DNA of 63,964 nucleotides, the filler included, from Intoshia linei (lineage: Eukaryota; Animalia; Orthonectida), in assembly GCA_001642005.1 (NCBI GenBank). It is 8 parts of 8 records of this genome, joined end to end, with 100 filler letters (N's around TTAATTAATTAA, not from the genome) between each part and the next. Parts side by side here need not be neighbours in the genome. Positions count along the whole stretch, not along the records: positions 1 to 11,149 come from LWCA01001196.1; positions 11,250 to 15,193 come from LWCA01002006.1; 6 more parts are not named here. One strand, written 5' to 3'. Made by a program: the position numbers and the translations under genes. Positions 1-12,104 of this stretch are shown here, in pieces. Position 1 is the stretch's first letter; each line of letters opens with the position of its first letter. Below the pieces are notes generated by a model. That model saw nothing but the letters and a program-made list of their open reading frames with translations, had not been told where the DNA came from and did not search any database.

Positions 1-176
1 ATATTTAATATTGTACCATAATAAATCTTAATATTTAATTTTTTAAATTATTTTAAAAAAAAAAATTTTAACAGGGGGGACCAAATTGAATTTTTAATAG
101 GTTAGAAAAGTTAAAATTTTATTTTGATAGGTTATATTTTGACGATTTTATAGGTTAGAAAAAGTTTGCCCTACTG
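1..176 (+). mobile_element. Right end of a hAT-like DNA transposon (same family as 49606-50300)
   Basis: ATTTAATATTGTACCATAATAAATCTTAATATTTAATT...GGGGGACCAAATTGAATTTTTAAT...TTTTGATAGGTT closely matches 50184-50301, which follows a transposase C-terminus; repeated ATAGGTT subterminal motifs. Confidence 0.6.
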
Positions 177-348
177 ATTACACATTGCAATGCATTTGGT
201 GTATCATATTTTACAAATTATAGACTAACTTTAAGGTACGTTGTTTTTGATTATAATTCAAGGTATAATATTCATAATGATGTATACAAAATTCAATAGT
301 GAAAAAAATTTCTTATAATAATTTTTTTTTAAATTTTAGGACTTAGAT

Positions 349-641
349 CAGGCTCAGCAACCAGTGGCCCACAGAATCATTTTGTTGGTCCTTTGAGTTA
401 ATATGTAAATTATTTATTTTTCAACTTTAAAACACCGTTTTAAACATTTTCTACTGTCGTCTCATTGAAATCATTTTAATACTGAATTTTCAGATCGTCT
501 CGGATTTTATTTTGTTGAATATACAGAAACGTTTCTCTTCAGTTAAAATTGAAATATATCCTGGAAATTTTCAAAAACGGATCCCATATAATTTTTTTAT
601 ATAAAAAGTGGCCACAAGATTCAAAAGGTTGCCGACCCCTG
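349..641. mobile_element. hAT (Charlie/Buster-type) MITE
   Basis: Ends CAGGCTCAGCAACC / GGTTGCCGACCCCTG; degenerate 8-bp target duplication ACTTAGAT / ATTTAGAC with central TA. Confidence 0.7.
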
Positions 642-2029
642 ATTTAGACGAAGTCTTACCTATTTATTATTTTTATAATTTTTGATTAATATCAAACTAA
701 CAAAACTTACATTATGTCACACACAAAAAATACTACATAGATTCACGGCATTATTTTTTTTAAAAACTAATTTAAAGTTGAGGGGTGACCTAAAATTATT
801 ATAGTAATATTTTATTTTTTGATGAAGTGATCCTATATAATGATTAATTTTGTATTTATTATGAAATTTTCACCAAAAAATAATTATTATAAAGTGCTGA
901 AACAAAGAATCAAAGTTTTAGGTTTTTGATATATAAAAACCATTTACGTTTGGTCGATTTATTCAAAAACTGCCTTTAAATTGTTGTAATGACATCTCAG
1001 TGATGGCAGCCAACTGGATGTAATTAATGATTTTGGTTACAGTGATAACAACCATATTTAAGTGACTCAGAGCTATTTTAGAGCAGAGTACTTCTTGGTG
1101 TATAATGCAATGAAATCCAACCAGAGGATGACTTACGAAATTTGAAAAATTGGCTATAAATCTTTGAATTTGAATTCAACAGTAGTCAAAACCCAAAATA
1201 ATTAGTCTAGAAATATATTTTAAAAAACAAAATGTACACCGAATATGATAAACTAACCAAAGACATTAAATCCGTAGAAAGGACTATAAAACAATATTTT
1301 AATAAATTTTATTATTATAAGTTATTTATTTAATTATTAATATTTATTAAGTTAGTTATAAGTTATTATTTTATTGTTATAAGTTATAATATGTTTTATA
1401 AAAGATAATTAAAATAATGTCCCGATCGAATATTGATGTTTATAAATTTAGATGAAGCTATATTCTTTATGAATACACGAAACGTACATTACAATTTTGT
1501 AGACGCACATTATGAATACATCTTGAATACGTGGAACACCTTAACAGAGGGTAATGATAAAACTCATTTTTGTACTAATCATTTTTTTGTATTTGTCTGA
1601 ATATACATAACGTACATCAAAATAGATCGAATTAGGAAAATTAACAAAATTTTGACAATTACTAATATTCATTACTGTACTTTTCACATACAATGAGAAA
1701 ACAAAAGTTGAGAAACCTAAAAGTTACGCTACAAAAAATATCTATAAAACATTCAGTCTACAAAGCACATCAAAACTCACATAGCAAATCCATATTCATT
1801 TACTCAAATTGAAATGTAAATTTTGCATACAATTGTAATGTTTACCTTAGTCTGTAATTTATACTCAAAAAGTGGTGCCGAAAGGGAAAATGAACCAAAC
1901 CAGAGTTCATATTCAAACTAAAAAATCCGTATGGCAACATTGGTTTACGTTGCATTCTCAGTACAACATTGAATTGAGAATTGATAATAATCAACTAAAA
2001 CATTTCATAATATACTAATTTAAAATTGA

Positions 2030-5000
2030 ATGATTTCAAGTAGATCTACTATTTTTTGTCTTTTTCATGTTTTCCTTACGGTGGCATATGGAGACATTGA
2101 TTTGGGGAATATGATTAAATTGTGCGATAATAATTTTGAAGAAACAGTCTTGAAACATGAGCACATGCTCATCATATTTTGTAATTTTTAATATTTGTTG
2201 GTTTATTTAATTTTATAGACTCTGAATCTTGCGACCATTGTAAAGAGTTGATGCCAAACCTCGTAGCAGTGGATAACATAATGCGGGAAAAAAATCACCC
2301 ATTTTCTCTAGCGTATTTTTTATCTTTAACAATTTTTTATTTCATTTCAGAGTGATTAATGGAGCGGAATGTAAAACAACAGAAGAAAAATATGTTACGA
2401 CAGGATACCCTACAATTTTGTATTTTAATCAAAACGTTGATGATTACCAAGAATATAAAAGTTTTTCATTTTTATTCTTTGTTTACATTTTTTAGATGGT
2501 CGTGAAATAGACGATTTTATCTTGTATATTAACAAAAAATTGGGAGATTTGATCAATACAGTTACTGTTAAACACCTGCTGAATACATTGCAGACTAAGT
2601 CGTTTGTTGTAGTTGCATATTTTAAGGTTATTTTAGGCCATGTTTTACACTTTGTTTGATTACTATTTTATTGTGTACAATTTTCCATATTTTGCAATGT
2701 TTATGCATTTATTTGATAACATTTTTATTAGATTATATTTAAAATACAGTAATTAAATTTTATCGGATCAATTTGTTATTATAAATTTATAATAGTTTTA
2801 ACGTTTATGTTTTAAGTGTGTGTATTTATGATTGTTTTAGGTGTTTGATAATGAGTACATTAATGCTTTGAAAGTTTATGCATCTACCCACGAATCAACT
2901 ATCATTTATCATGTCAAAGAAGATTTGTCAACCTCAAATATTGACATTTCAGATGAAGGGATTTATGTTATCAAAAAGGTTACTAATATTTGTTTAAAGT
3001 CATGTATTGGGATAGATTTTCTATTTTTGGGAAATTTTCACTATTTACGACTGTTGTCATTTTTAAAATAATTTAATTTAGACTAAATATAATTGATTTT
3101 TACAAAAATTCCGGTTTCAGTTTCAAGAAAAATAGTCCTTTTTAACTTGGGGCGTAAATGACAAATGAATAAAATTGACCGCTTTATTTTTTATGTAATA
3201 GGAACTATTAGGAATTTTAATTTTTTTTCAATTTCAAGGTTATTGCGTAAATTTTAAAATATACCAGTTTTATAATTTTTTTGTATTGATTTTAATGTAA
3301 TTGATTATGTATAATAGGGGTGTTCCAAAATTTTATAAATTAGGTCCGAATACTGATAAAGTTGCGTGTGATAGTTTTAAGATAATCGTGAAAAGAAGAA
3401 AAATTTTTGAATGACCAAACATGACGAACGCCACAAGACCACTCAAAACATAACTACATAATATCATCGTAACATTTCAGTAAATAAAGTTATATTTTAG
3501 TTTTTGTAGAACATTTTTGTATGAAATTTTTAAATTGGCAAGCTCTTTCACAAAAAATTTTTCTTCTTTTCACGATTATCATAAAACTATCACACGCAAC
3601 TTTATCAGTATTTGGACCATGAAATTTTAAAAAAAAGTATAAAACATCACACCCCTAATGTATAATTTTCTATTTAATGTAGGTCTTTAACTTGAGTTAA
3701 CCAATTTGTCGCATGCTGTCCATATTTTACAGAGTTGTTCACTTATATATGCACTTTTTGAATTTTCAGATTATTTTTTTAATCAAACCTTAAAGAGGAA
3801 GGTTTTTAGAGTTTTTTTTTTTTAGCACTTAAAGGATAATTTTCATATAATTTTTTTATATTTTTATTTTAGTTTGATGAGCCTATCGAAGTATACAAAA
3901 GTGAAATATCTGTTGAAGCTGTTAGCAAATTTGTTGAATTCCATCGAATTCCTCATTTTGTTATTTTTGATATGGACGTAATTTTAAAAATATCTTAAAT
4001 CTATAAATTGGTTTGATGTCGGAAACCGTCTGAAAATAAGGAATTTTATATATACAGTCCGACCCTGCAAACCTCGGTGTGGCATACTCGTGTTTTGGGG
4101 CAAAAATGTTATATATAAACAATAAAAATAAAATCATATATATATATAAAGTATGAGTATAATTTCCATACTGATGACTAAACTTTAGTCTTTAGTTTAA
4201 TACTTCCATTCATAGAGCATAATTACTAGGTTACGCAAGATTTTGAGGATGCTGTTAAAGAAGTTATGTGAGCATTAAAATAAGCATCATTGTGATTTAT
4301 TTTGAATTTCTTTTATTTACAACAAATTATTATTGACAAGTGATTTTTTTGAGTATTATTTATAGCTATGCCAAAAAGAAGAAGCTAAAAAATAATCTTT
4401 TTATAATTGATTAAAAAATTTACTATAATTATGTAAATTTTTTAATGATACGATTTATTTTAAAATTGTATTACAATACACTTGTTAAACTTAAACTAAG
4501 TCTATTATTAATTCATTATAGGGATGCGCGAACGCAATCCCATCAGTCATAAATTGTAAGCCCAACAATGCACCTTGTGCAGAGTTGTAGGGGTCAATCT
4601 GGCGATGTGCAATGCTAACCTCGCCCTAGTACCAAGGCCCTCTTGTCCTCCCCAGTACCGCTCCAGGTAAGTGAATATTATGTTTTATAAATTGCTTAAA
4701 TTGAATATTCATAATGTTTAATATAAAAATTATCATAATTTATTCACAACAAAACTTTTAATTATGGTCAAAATAAAAGATGAAACCTATAATTACGGAA
4801 TTTGTTGTTTGAGTATTCGGTCATTTAATATTAATTTATAGAAAAAAACTTATTAATTTGATTTTTTTAACGATTACAACTTAAATTATAAAAATTTTGA
4901 TAAATTTTATATTATTTACATTACTATTGATATTTAGAAATGTTATAAAACTTTATTTGTTTGTATTATTATTATACATTTCAATAGTAATCTGCACAAT

Positions 5001-8000
5001 TCGACATTTTGTAACTTACGATGTTTTTGGGTTTAGTATGAAATATTAACTATTTGTTCAACATGTTCACCATTTTTTAACTCGCCATCATTTTTTTTTC
5101 AAAATTCAAAACAAATTATGTGTATGAATAATTTTATAAATAAACTAGGTTGACTGTTATGTACTACATACAAATAGGACCTATCTCTACCGAGGGCACA
5201 TTTTTATTATGCTTAAAAAATAAATTCACGTTAAAAATCTAATTTAAAATTCTTATATGCTATTTATAACAATTTTAGGATTGGACTGTTTTCCTTTATT
5301 TTTAATATTATACACATTCTGTCTAATAAATTAAAAAAAGGGATAACAATTGTTTTTAAAATTCTTTACGTAAATGTTAAAAAAAATTAAAATGGAATAA
5401 TTCACTTTAAAGTAATAAGTAATGATATGATGGTTCCACCTGCAACAAATTTGGGAACTACTTCTATCACATTCTGTCTAATAAATTAAAAAAATGTGAT
5501 AACAATTGTTTTTAAAATTCTTAACGCAAATGTTTACAAAAAAATTAAAATGGAATAATTCACTTTAAAGTAAAAAGTAATGTGATATTATGGTTCCATC
5601 TGAAACAAATTTGGGAAACACTCCTTTAAAAGATTTATAATAATGAATAGTAGGATTTTGAACGTGAATTTATTTTGCAAGTATAATAAAAATATGCTCT
5701 CGGCAGAGCTAGGTCTTGTTTGTACGTAGTATATAACAGTCAACCTATTTGTTATTATAATTTGTATTCATTTAATACAAACTATATTCCATTTCAAATA
5801 AAGTAGAAAGTGCATCTGCATCGAAAAAATTGACTCTAAGAGAAACTATTTTATTTACAGAAGTATCCAGGTTAAATGTCACCAATTAACAATATGCAAT
5901 TTATTTAAACCAGGTGTATACAACCTGCGGGAAATCCATGTGATCATAATGTAATATATCATTTTACTTCAAATTGAAAAGTTTAAATCAGATTTTATTC
6001 AAGGCAATGGGCAAGTGTTTTTATTAAAAAGTTACATTTTTGACTTTTTTTGGCCACTTTTTTAAAATGGATTTAAACTTTCTCAATGTCAAGTAAATTT
6101 TGTGCGGTCGTAGTATCAATGAGTGTTAAAATATCTTTGTTGTTGAATTGGTGGAAAGATTGTGCACCCGTCGTTTAAACATTTGTTAGCCAATATTACT
6201 AAAAGGTTAAACAATGAAATTTAATAAAAATATATGGTTATTCGTCACTTATAGAATCTCTTAAAATCGAAGATCCCGTTAATGAATTATAGGTTTTTAG
6301 TATGGAATTCACTGAAAATGAAGTAATATTACATTATTGTAATTTCTGTGATATATATCTATTAATTTATGATGAAAGATATTATTGAAATCAACTGTTA
6401 ATCTAAAAATTCGTTATTAAAAGTAGAAAAGTATATCTATGAACCAGAGGAATGGAATAAAAATGATTTAAACCTAGTAAAGTCCATACATCTTACATCA
6501 GGGTGGATAACCTTTTGTGGGCTACAATATATAATAATTCAATATTAAAATGATTATTATGAGCATTATAGTAGAAAATTTATAAAACGGTGTAAAAGTT
6601 GAAAAGTTTAAAAATAAATAATGTACACCTTTACTCAGAAGACCATCAAAATTATTCTGTAGGCTACTGGTTGCCGACTCCTCCTTACATGATCATATTA
6701 ATTATTCTCATGGATGAAAAAAATGATGTTCGTTATTATTTTAATGTTGTTATGTAGTTCCAAATGCCACTGACTATTCTTAACATAATAAGATAAATAA
6801 GAAATCTAACATCGTAATGTTTAATACAAATTAATTAAGCAAAAAATTAAATTGAGCAATGATTGAAATTTGTCGATTTAGAAAATTGGATTAGTAAGTT
6901 GTGATTAATTCTAACAGTCAGGGAAAATTATAAAATAATTAAAAAAAATTAATAGTTTAAAATTCTGAATACTAAAAAATATTATATTCAATAAAAAAAG
7001 AAAATACTAAAATGACTTTATAACACGGTCCAACAAAATCTAAAAATGCGAGTTTGTAATTTTTTTATGTTTTTCTAGTGCATTTTTTGCAGCGCTACCT
7101 TGCTGGAGTAAAATTTCGCCCACCATACGAATAATTTTTGTAGCATCACATATTAATTTAAAAAGTACCTCCGTCTTAATTCCTCTCAACGGACCATTCT
7201 ACAACTCAAAATAGATTATACAACCCATATGTATAAAAACAATATTGAATTTTAAGTATAAATACATACTTGTATTACAAGTTGTACTTGTACTAGGTTT
7301 GAATTGTTAATATATTATTAACAATACATGTGTCATTTATTATTGCAAGAAGAATTTGTATTTCATAATTGAAAAAAAATTTAGCTGGTTGAATCAGTTT
7401 TCCAATCTGGAATAAACCATCATTTTACATGTTTTATACCATTTTCACATGATAAAAAGAACAACAGTCAAGAAATTTTGAAGAAATTGTCTCCAGATTA
7501 CCACGCTGAGGTATTTAAATGTAGAATTGTTAATTTTATATATTTATTATATACATTTTACCAAAATACAATCATCTTTCACTGATAAAAACGTTTTTTT
7601 AAACTATATAATGTATATTTGCACGTGTCATTGAAAAAATCTGAACCCTGGTGTATTTTCTCCCGCAATTACATATATCTAGATTATATTTTTGATGATG
7701 AATACGGAAGACGAAAAATTGACTCAAGTAATAGATCATTTTGGAATACAAAAAGACGAATTAAAATGCATGATTCTTAAATTGACTGAATCGTCCCTTA
7801 TTCCATATCACATGGATAAAATGTTTGAAACTGAAGATGAAATTAAAAATTTTATTAAAGATTTTCGAGACGGAAAAATCAGTGTACTTTTTAATTTGAT
7901 TTGATTATAATTTTGATATATATTTAATTTATACATTTAGAAATTTATCAAGTCCGCTGAATTGGAGGATGATTGGGATGCAACAAATATCAAACAATTT

Positions 8001-8538
8001 GTTGGCTCAAATTTAAAACCATATTTACTGGAAGATTCAAACCGACACGTTTTCATCATGTTTTGTAATTTTTATAATTTGTAATTAACCTTAGTTATTT
8101 TCTAATTTTCAGACGCTCCATGGTGTGGTCATTGTGAAAAATTCCAACCGATTTTACAAGACATTGCAGACGAATGGAGTACTCGCAAAGACCACTCTTT
8201 AGTTTTCGGTAAAATTGACTCGACAAAAAATGATGCCCACGTTGATATTAAAGGTTATCCAACACTTATTTTGTTCAAAAACGGAAAACAAGTAATAAAT
8301 CACATAATCAAAAATAATGTTTAATTTGTAGGAAATTGTATACGATGGCAGTCGAGACAAAGAGTCAGTGACTGCATTTTTGGAATCAAATTTATCGGTA
8401 TTTATATAATGTCATCAATGTCGCGATAACTTGTTAATTTAACTTCATGTACATTAATACTTAATTTTATAGGGAGAAGATACAACCAAGGATGAGGATG
8501 GTGAAAATGTAACTGAAAAAAAAAAAGAAGAACTGTAA
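2030..8538 (+). CDS. PDI: Protein disulfide isomerase (a-b-b'-a'), 12 exons, signal peptide and C-terminal KEEL
   Basis: Exons 2030-2180, 2219-2312, 2351-2460, 2496-2626, 2841-2978, 3873-3977, 7385-7510, 7683-7883, 7941-8064, 8113-8291, 8332-8397, 8473-8538 join in frame at GT-AG; motifs FYSESCDHCK, GYPTI, FYAPWCGHCEK, KIDSTKND, GYPTLILF, YDGSRD, KKEEL*. Confidence 0.93.
3315..3657. mobile_element. hAT-type MITE with long inverted arms
   Basis: TAGGGGTG...CACCCCTA termini, internal inverted arms (TACTGATAAAGTTGCGTGTGATAGTTTT / AAAACTATCACACGCAACTTTATCAGTA), perfect 8-bp TSD ATGTATAA at 3307-3314 and 3658-3665. Confidence 0.88.
4521..4674 (-). ncRNA. U1: U1 spliceosomal snRNA, antisense within PDI intron 6
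   Basis: Minus strand reads ACUUACCUGG (5' splice-site pairing), stem-loop I, GGGCGAGG...AUUGCAC loop II...UGACCCCU, stem-loop III, Sm site AAUUUAUG and terminal hairpin GGGAUUGCG-UUCG-CGCAUCCC. Confidence 0.95.
5145..5748. mobile_element. Inverted-repeat element bounded by two outward-facing Helitron-like 3' termini, with an internal ~157-bp tandem duplication
   Basis: 5145-5240 is the imperfect reverse complement of 5655-5748; both arms match the CTCGGCAG.GCTAGGT...GTAC..AGTA...AGTCAA.CTAG terminus at 51968-52018; internal repeat ~5312-5460 vs ~5468-5620. Confidence 0.7.
5911..6172. mobile_element. hAT MITE
   Basis: CAGGTGTATACAACC left end, degenerate right end GATTGTGCACCCGTC; TSD ATTTAAAC / GTTTAAAC. 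Confidence 0.6.
6499..6682. mobile_element. hAT MITE
   Basis: CAGGGTGGATAACC / GGTTGCCGACTCCT ends; TSD TCTTACAT / CCTTACAT. Confidence 0.6.
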
Positions 8539-11091
8539 CATGTTGTAATACTATAAATATCAATATTTGTTATGTGATCTTTGACATACCTATTGATGCG
8601 TAATTCTTACATACCAATAACTAGCCTCTTTATTTTGTGTAGTCTCCAGCCATTCTTAAATTATTTCATTGCGCAATGTTGTATCATAGCATCGTGCTGA
8701 ATTTGACTACGCTTAATTTTTAATTCAAACTCAATCCAATTTGAAACACTCTGATTGTCATTTAAATATTTAGATAGTATTATACAATATTCAATTTAAT
8801 TGACGAAATCAAATGGATACTAACGATGGAAATGACGAATGTATGTAGTGATTTGTTGTTTATAAAAATGTTTAGCCATTATAATGACGCCTTCATCTGA
8901 TAAAAACGGATGTTCTTTGATTTGTATTGAAAAAACACAATCTAATATTGATCAAAACCACGTCCATTATGTTGCAGGTGGACCTTACAAAGGGGTTTTT
9001 ATCAATAAGGCTCATGGTTTTTATTTTATTTTATATTTAATGCTGGTACTACTTGTAGTCTACTTATAATGTGTACAAAATGTATATCACTCATTTTTAC
9101 ATGTAAATATTTTCAAAAGTAAATGAGAACTCTGTTCGTGTTTTTTAGTGTTGATATCTATTTGTCAGATTTTCAAAATATAATTTACTTGTGATCATTG
9201 TCACTTTTAAGGTTTATGTATTTCTTAATTGACAATAATATTGGAAGATTCACATGGGTCGCTTTGAGAATTTTTATTTTTTAAAATTAATTAATTAACT
9301 GCTATCACAAATTTAAATTTTTTATATCAAGATTGTTCAAGACTGTAGAATTCGCACATTTTGATGTATATTATCAGATTTAAGATGTAACTGCCATCAT
9401 TCCAAATAATATTAAAATATCTAATTTAATATTGATTGCGCGAAGTAATATCTTTTTAAATCGCAATGCATGAAAAGTAAAGAAAGAATAAGGTAATGAT
9501 TGACATGTAGAAAACACTGTATTTAGGTTGTAAGTTCAATTAACCCGGTTTATCACAGCAGTTGTACCATCTTAATTTTCATGTAGATCAGTAAAATGTC
9601 ATAATTGCCCTTAAACAGGGTATTGCTTAAAATTGTTTCAATTTTCTGTGGACTGACGTGTAATAAATGAAATCCACTGAATTTAATTTAAATTGAACGG
9701 AAGTTGTCTACAATATAAGTATGCATAAAATGTATTAGGTTTCCTATTGTAAGGAAATAATGATAATTATTATTCTATATTTTTAGATAAAATAAACACC
9801 ATTTTAACTGAAAATGCTTTAAGTATTGATTTTAAATGCTATTTACTCAATTCTCAGTCTGGTCAGCATATTCCGGTAAGCCTTAAAATAATAAATTATT
9901 TATATATTAAGGGTTAATTTAACTGAAAGATTCCAGGTTTATGTACATTATACATGATATATGTGATATTTTCTGATAAGTATATATTTTGTATATAACA
10001 TACATGGATCATTTTTTTAAATACAATTGTACAATGTAATTCATAAAATTATCTTGGAATTTGTACGATATGGATCTTCAAAATCTAGTTTAAGTAAAAT
10101 AATTCTTTTATATAAAATAATGACGTATATAATTTTAACCAAATTAATTATTTGCATGATCTTAACCTTAATAAAAGAGGTATCGCTATAAAACAGTATA
10201 GGGCGAACGAAATATTTGAGAAATCCAGGTGTAATACATGTGTAACAAAGTTGTTTCAATAAATTTAAACGCAGAATAAGTTTGGCGTGCTACCCACTGG
10301 GACATTAAGGTGTTGGAATTTCCTAATTAATAATGTTTACAATGTACATTTTTATATTTTCTTAATGTTCTAACGCGAATATACATTATTACAATCTACA
10401 AACGTTATATATGCGTGTTTAAAATCCCCTCAGATGTGAATCGATTACAAATATTTTGTACAAAGAATATTATTCATTAAATATTCTAATAAAATTTCAA
10501 GAGAAAATATATAGTGTCCAGTTTGAGTATATTGTATTGAGTTAAGCTTTAGAAATGATATTGATTTTTAATCGATTATCTTCAATTATTTTGTATAAAA
10601 TATGTTAATTTCCCAAATTTTTATCGTGTCGATATATATAAAATATATCATTGTGACATCAATGTCAAATTATAAATTTAATTTTTTGTGATCATCTATA
10701 TTTTCTCTATCGGAGTGAGCACAATAAATCTAACGATATGGACCCAATTCGCGGAGAATTTTCATCTAAACCGCGATAGTGCACTCATTTTAAAGAATTT
10801 TAATAATCTTACTAAAAACTGGCTTGACTTTTAATAATTTAGAAAACATTACTCATAAAATTTAAATTTAATTCCAAATTTTGACGAATCATTCACTAAT
10901 TTTATTGTAAAAATAAATATTTTATATCTGTAATTTCTCTAAGTAGAGTTGAAAAAATATTGGTCCATGGGTGAATAATGGTTGCTCCCTGGTGTAGATC
11001 ATTGAATAAACGTTTCACAAAATACTGGACATTGTGATGTATTGGGCTATACATATACAATGTATTAGTGTAAATTTTAAATGTTTTTATA

Positions 11092-11149
11092 TTAGGTCGT
11101 TTCATAAGTAATGTTTTTTTAACAAAATTAAAAAGTTTATTTGATTACA
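11092..11149 (+). mobile_element. mariner-like terminal inverted repeat running into an assembly gap
   Basis: TA|TTAGGTCGTTTCATAAGTAATGTTTTTT resembles mariner TIRs (TTAGGTTG...AAGTAAT); second copy at 42880. Confidence 0.55.
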
Positions 11150-11249
11150 NNNNNNNNNNNNNNNNNNNNNNNNNNNNNNNNNNNNNNNNNNNNTTAATTA
11201 ATTAANNNNNNNNNNNNNNNNNNNNNNNNNNNNNNNNNNNNNNNNNNNN
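11150..11249. other. Scaffold gap with artificial linker (also 15194-15293, 29085-29184, 42937-43036, 55040-55139, 59343-59442, 62524-62623)
   Basis: Seven identical 100-bp blocks of N-TTAATTAATTAA-N. Confidence 0.97.
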
Positions 11250-12104
11250 TGATAAAAACTTACACGATTATAATAATCGTGTGAAAAAATATGTGCATCC
11301 TTCTAAATTCCAACCTTTATTGTTGATATAAAAGGGTGAACAAAGGAGCAAATTTATTTATTATTTGTGGTTGTGTTTATGATTTTATAATAAAATTATC
11401 AAACATGTTGTTTAATTTATGTTGTACATATTTGCATGTGTATAAACTTTTAGGACATTTTTCATTTTTAAAAAAAAGATAATTTGTGGTTTTTGCCGTA
11501 AAGATATGAGATTTTGAAAATAAACTTCATATTAATTGTAAACCGTATAAAAACGTGTTTTAAAAATTAAACGTTTTTCATTATGAATTTTAAATACATT
11601 ACAATAATATTGATGATTTTAAAATCTTTATCAGAATGTGTATTTTATATAATTATATGACTTGTTAGATTTATAAAAAAAAGAATAATTGAGATTTTTG
11701 ACCTTGAAGGACCGAATTTAAGAAAATGAAATTTTCGATAAAACATCTCTCGAAAAACTAAGAGAAATATGAAACTTTTAAAACTTGACTCCTCCTACAT
11801 TCTTAATTAATTTATTATTATTAATTATTCATTTTCATAAATCAGGTAGAATAAATAAATAGAATCTTTAATATACTCTATCACGGTTCTACTTCTTCAC
11901 GGTAATGTTGTGTCATTGATATTATTCAAAATTTAGAATCTACATTGAAATTAATTTTGTGACAATTTAGAGCAGTTGAAACGATTTATTTTTGTTTCTG
12001 GACATGCAAAAATTTCAGTCTGAGAATACGAAATTAAAATACATACAATCTATAACAATTTATAATTCAAGTAATATACAAGTGGAGCAAATACAATTTT
12101 TTAA

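Noticed and set aside
1417-1820. Coding-like stretch upstream of PDI
   Set aside because: Multiple stops, no recognisable motif or consistent splice pattern
11194-11205. TTAATTAATTAA palindrome recurring seven times
   Set aside because: Always centred in N runs of identical length; an artificial six-frame-stop scaffold linker
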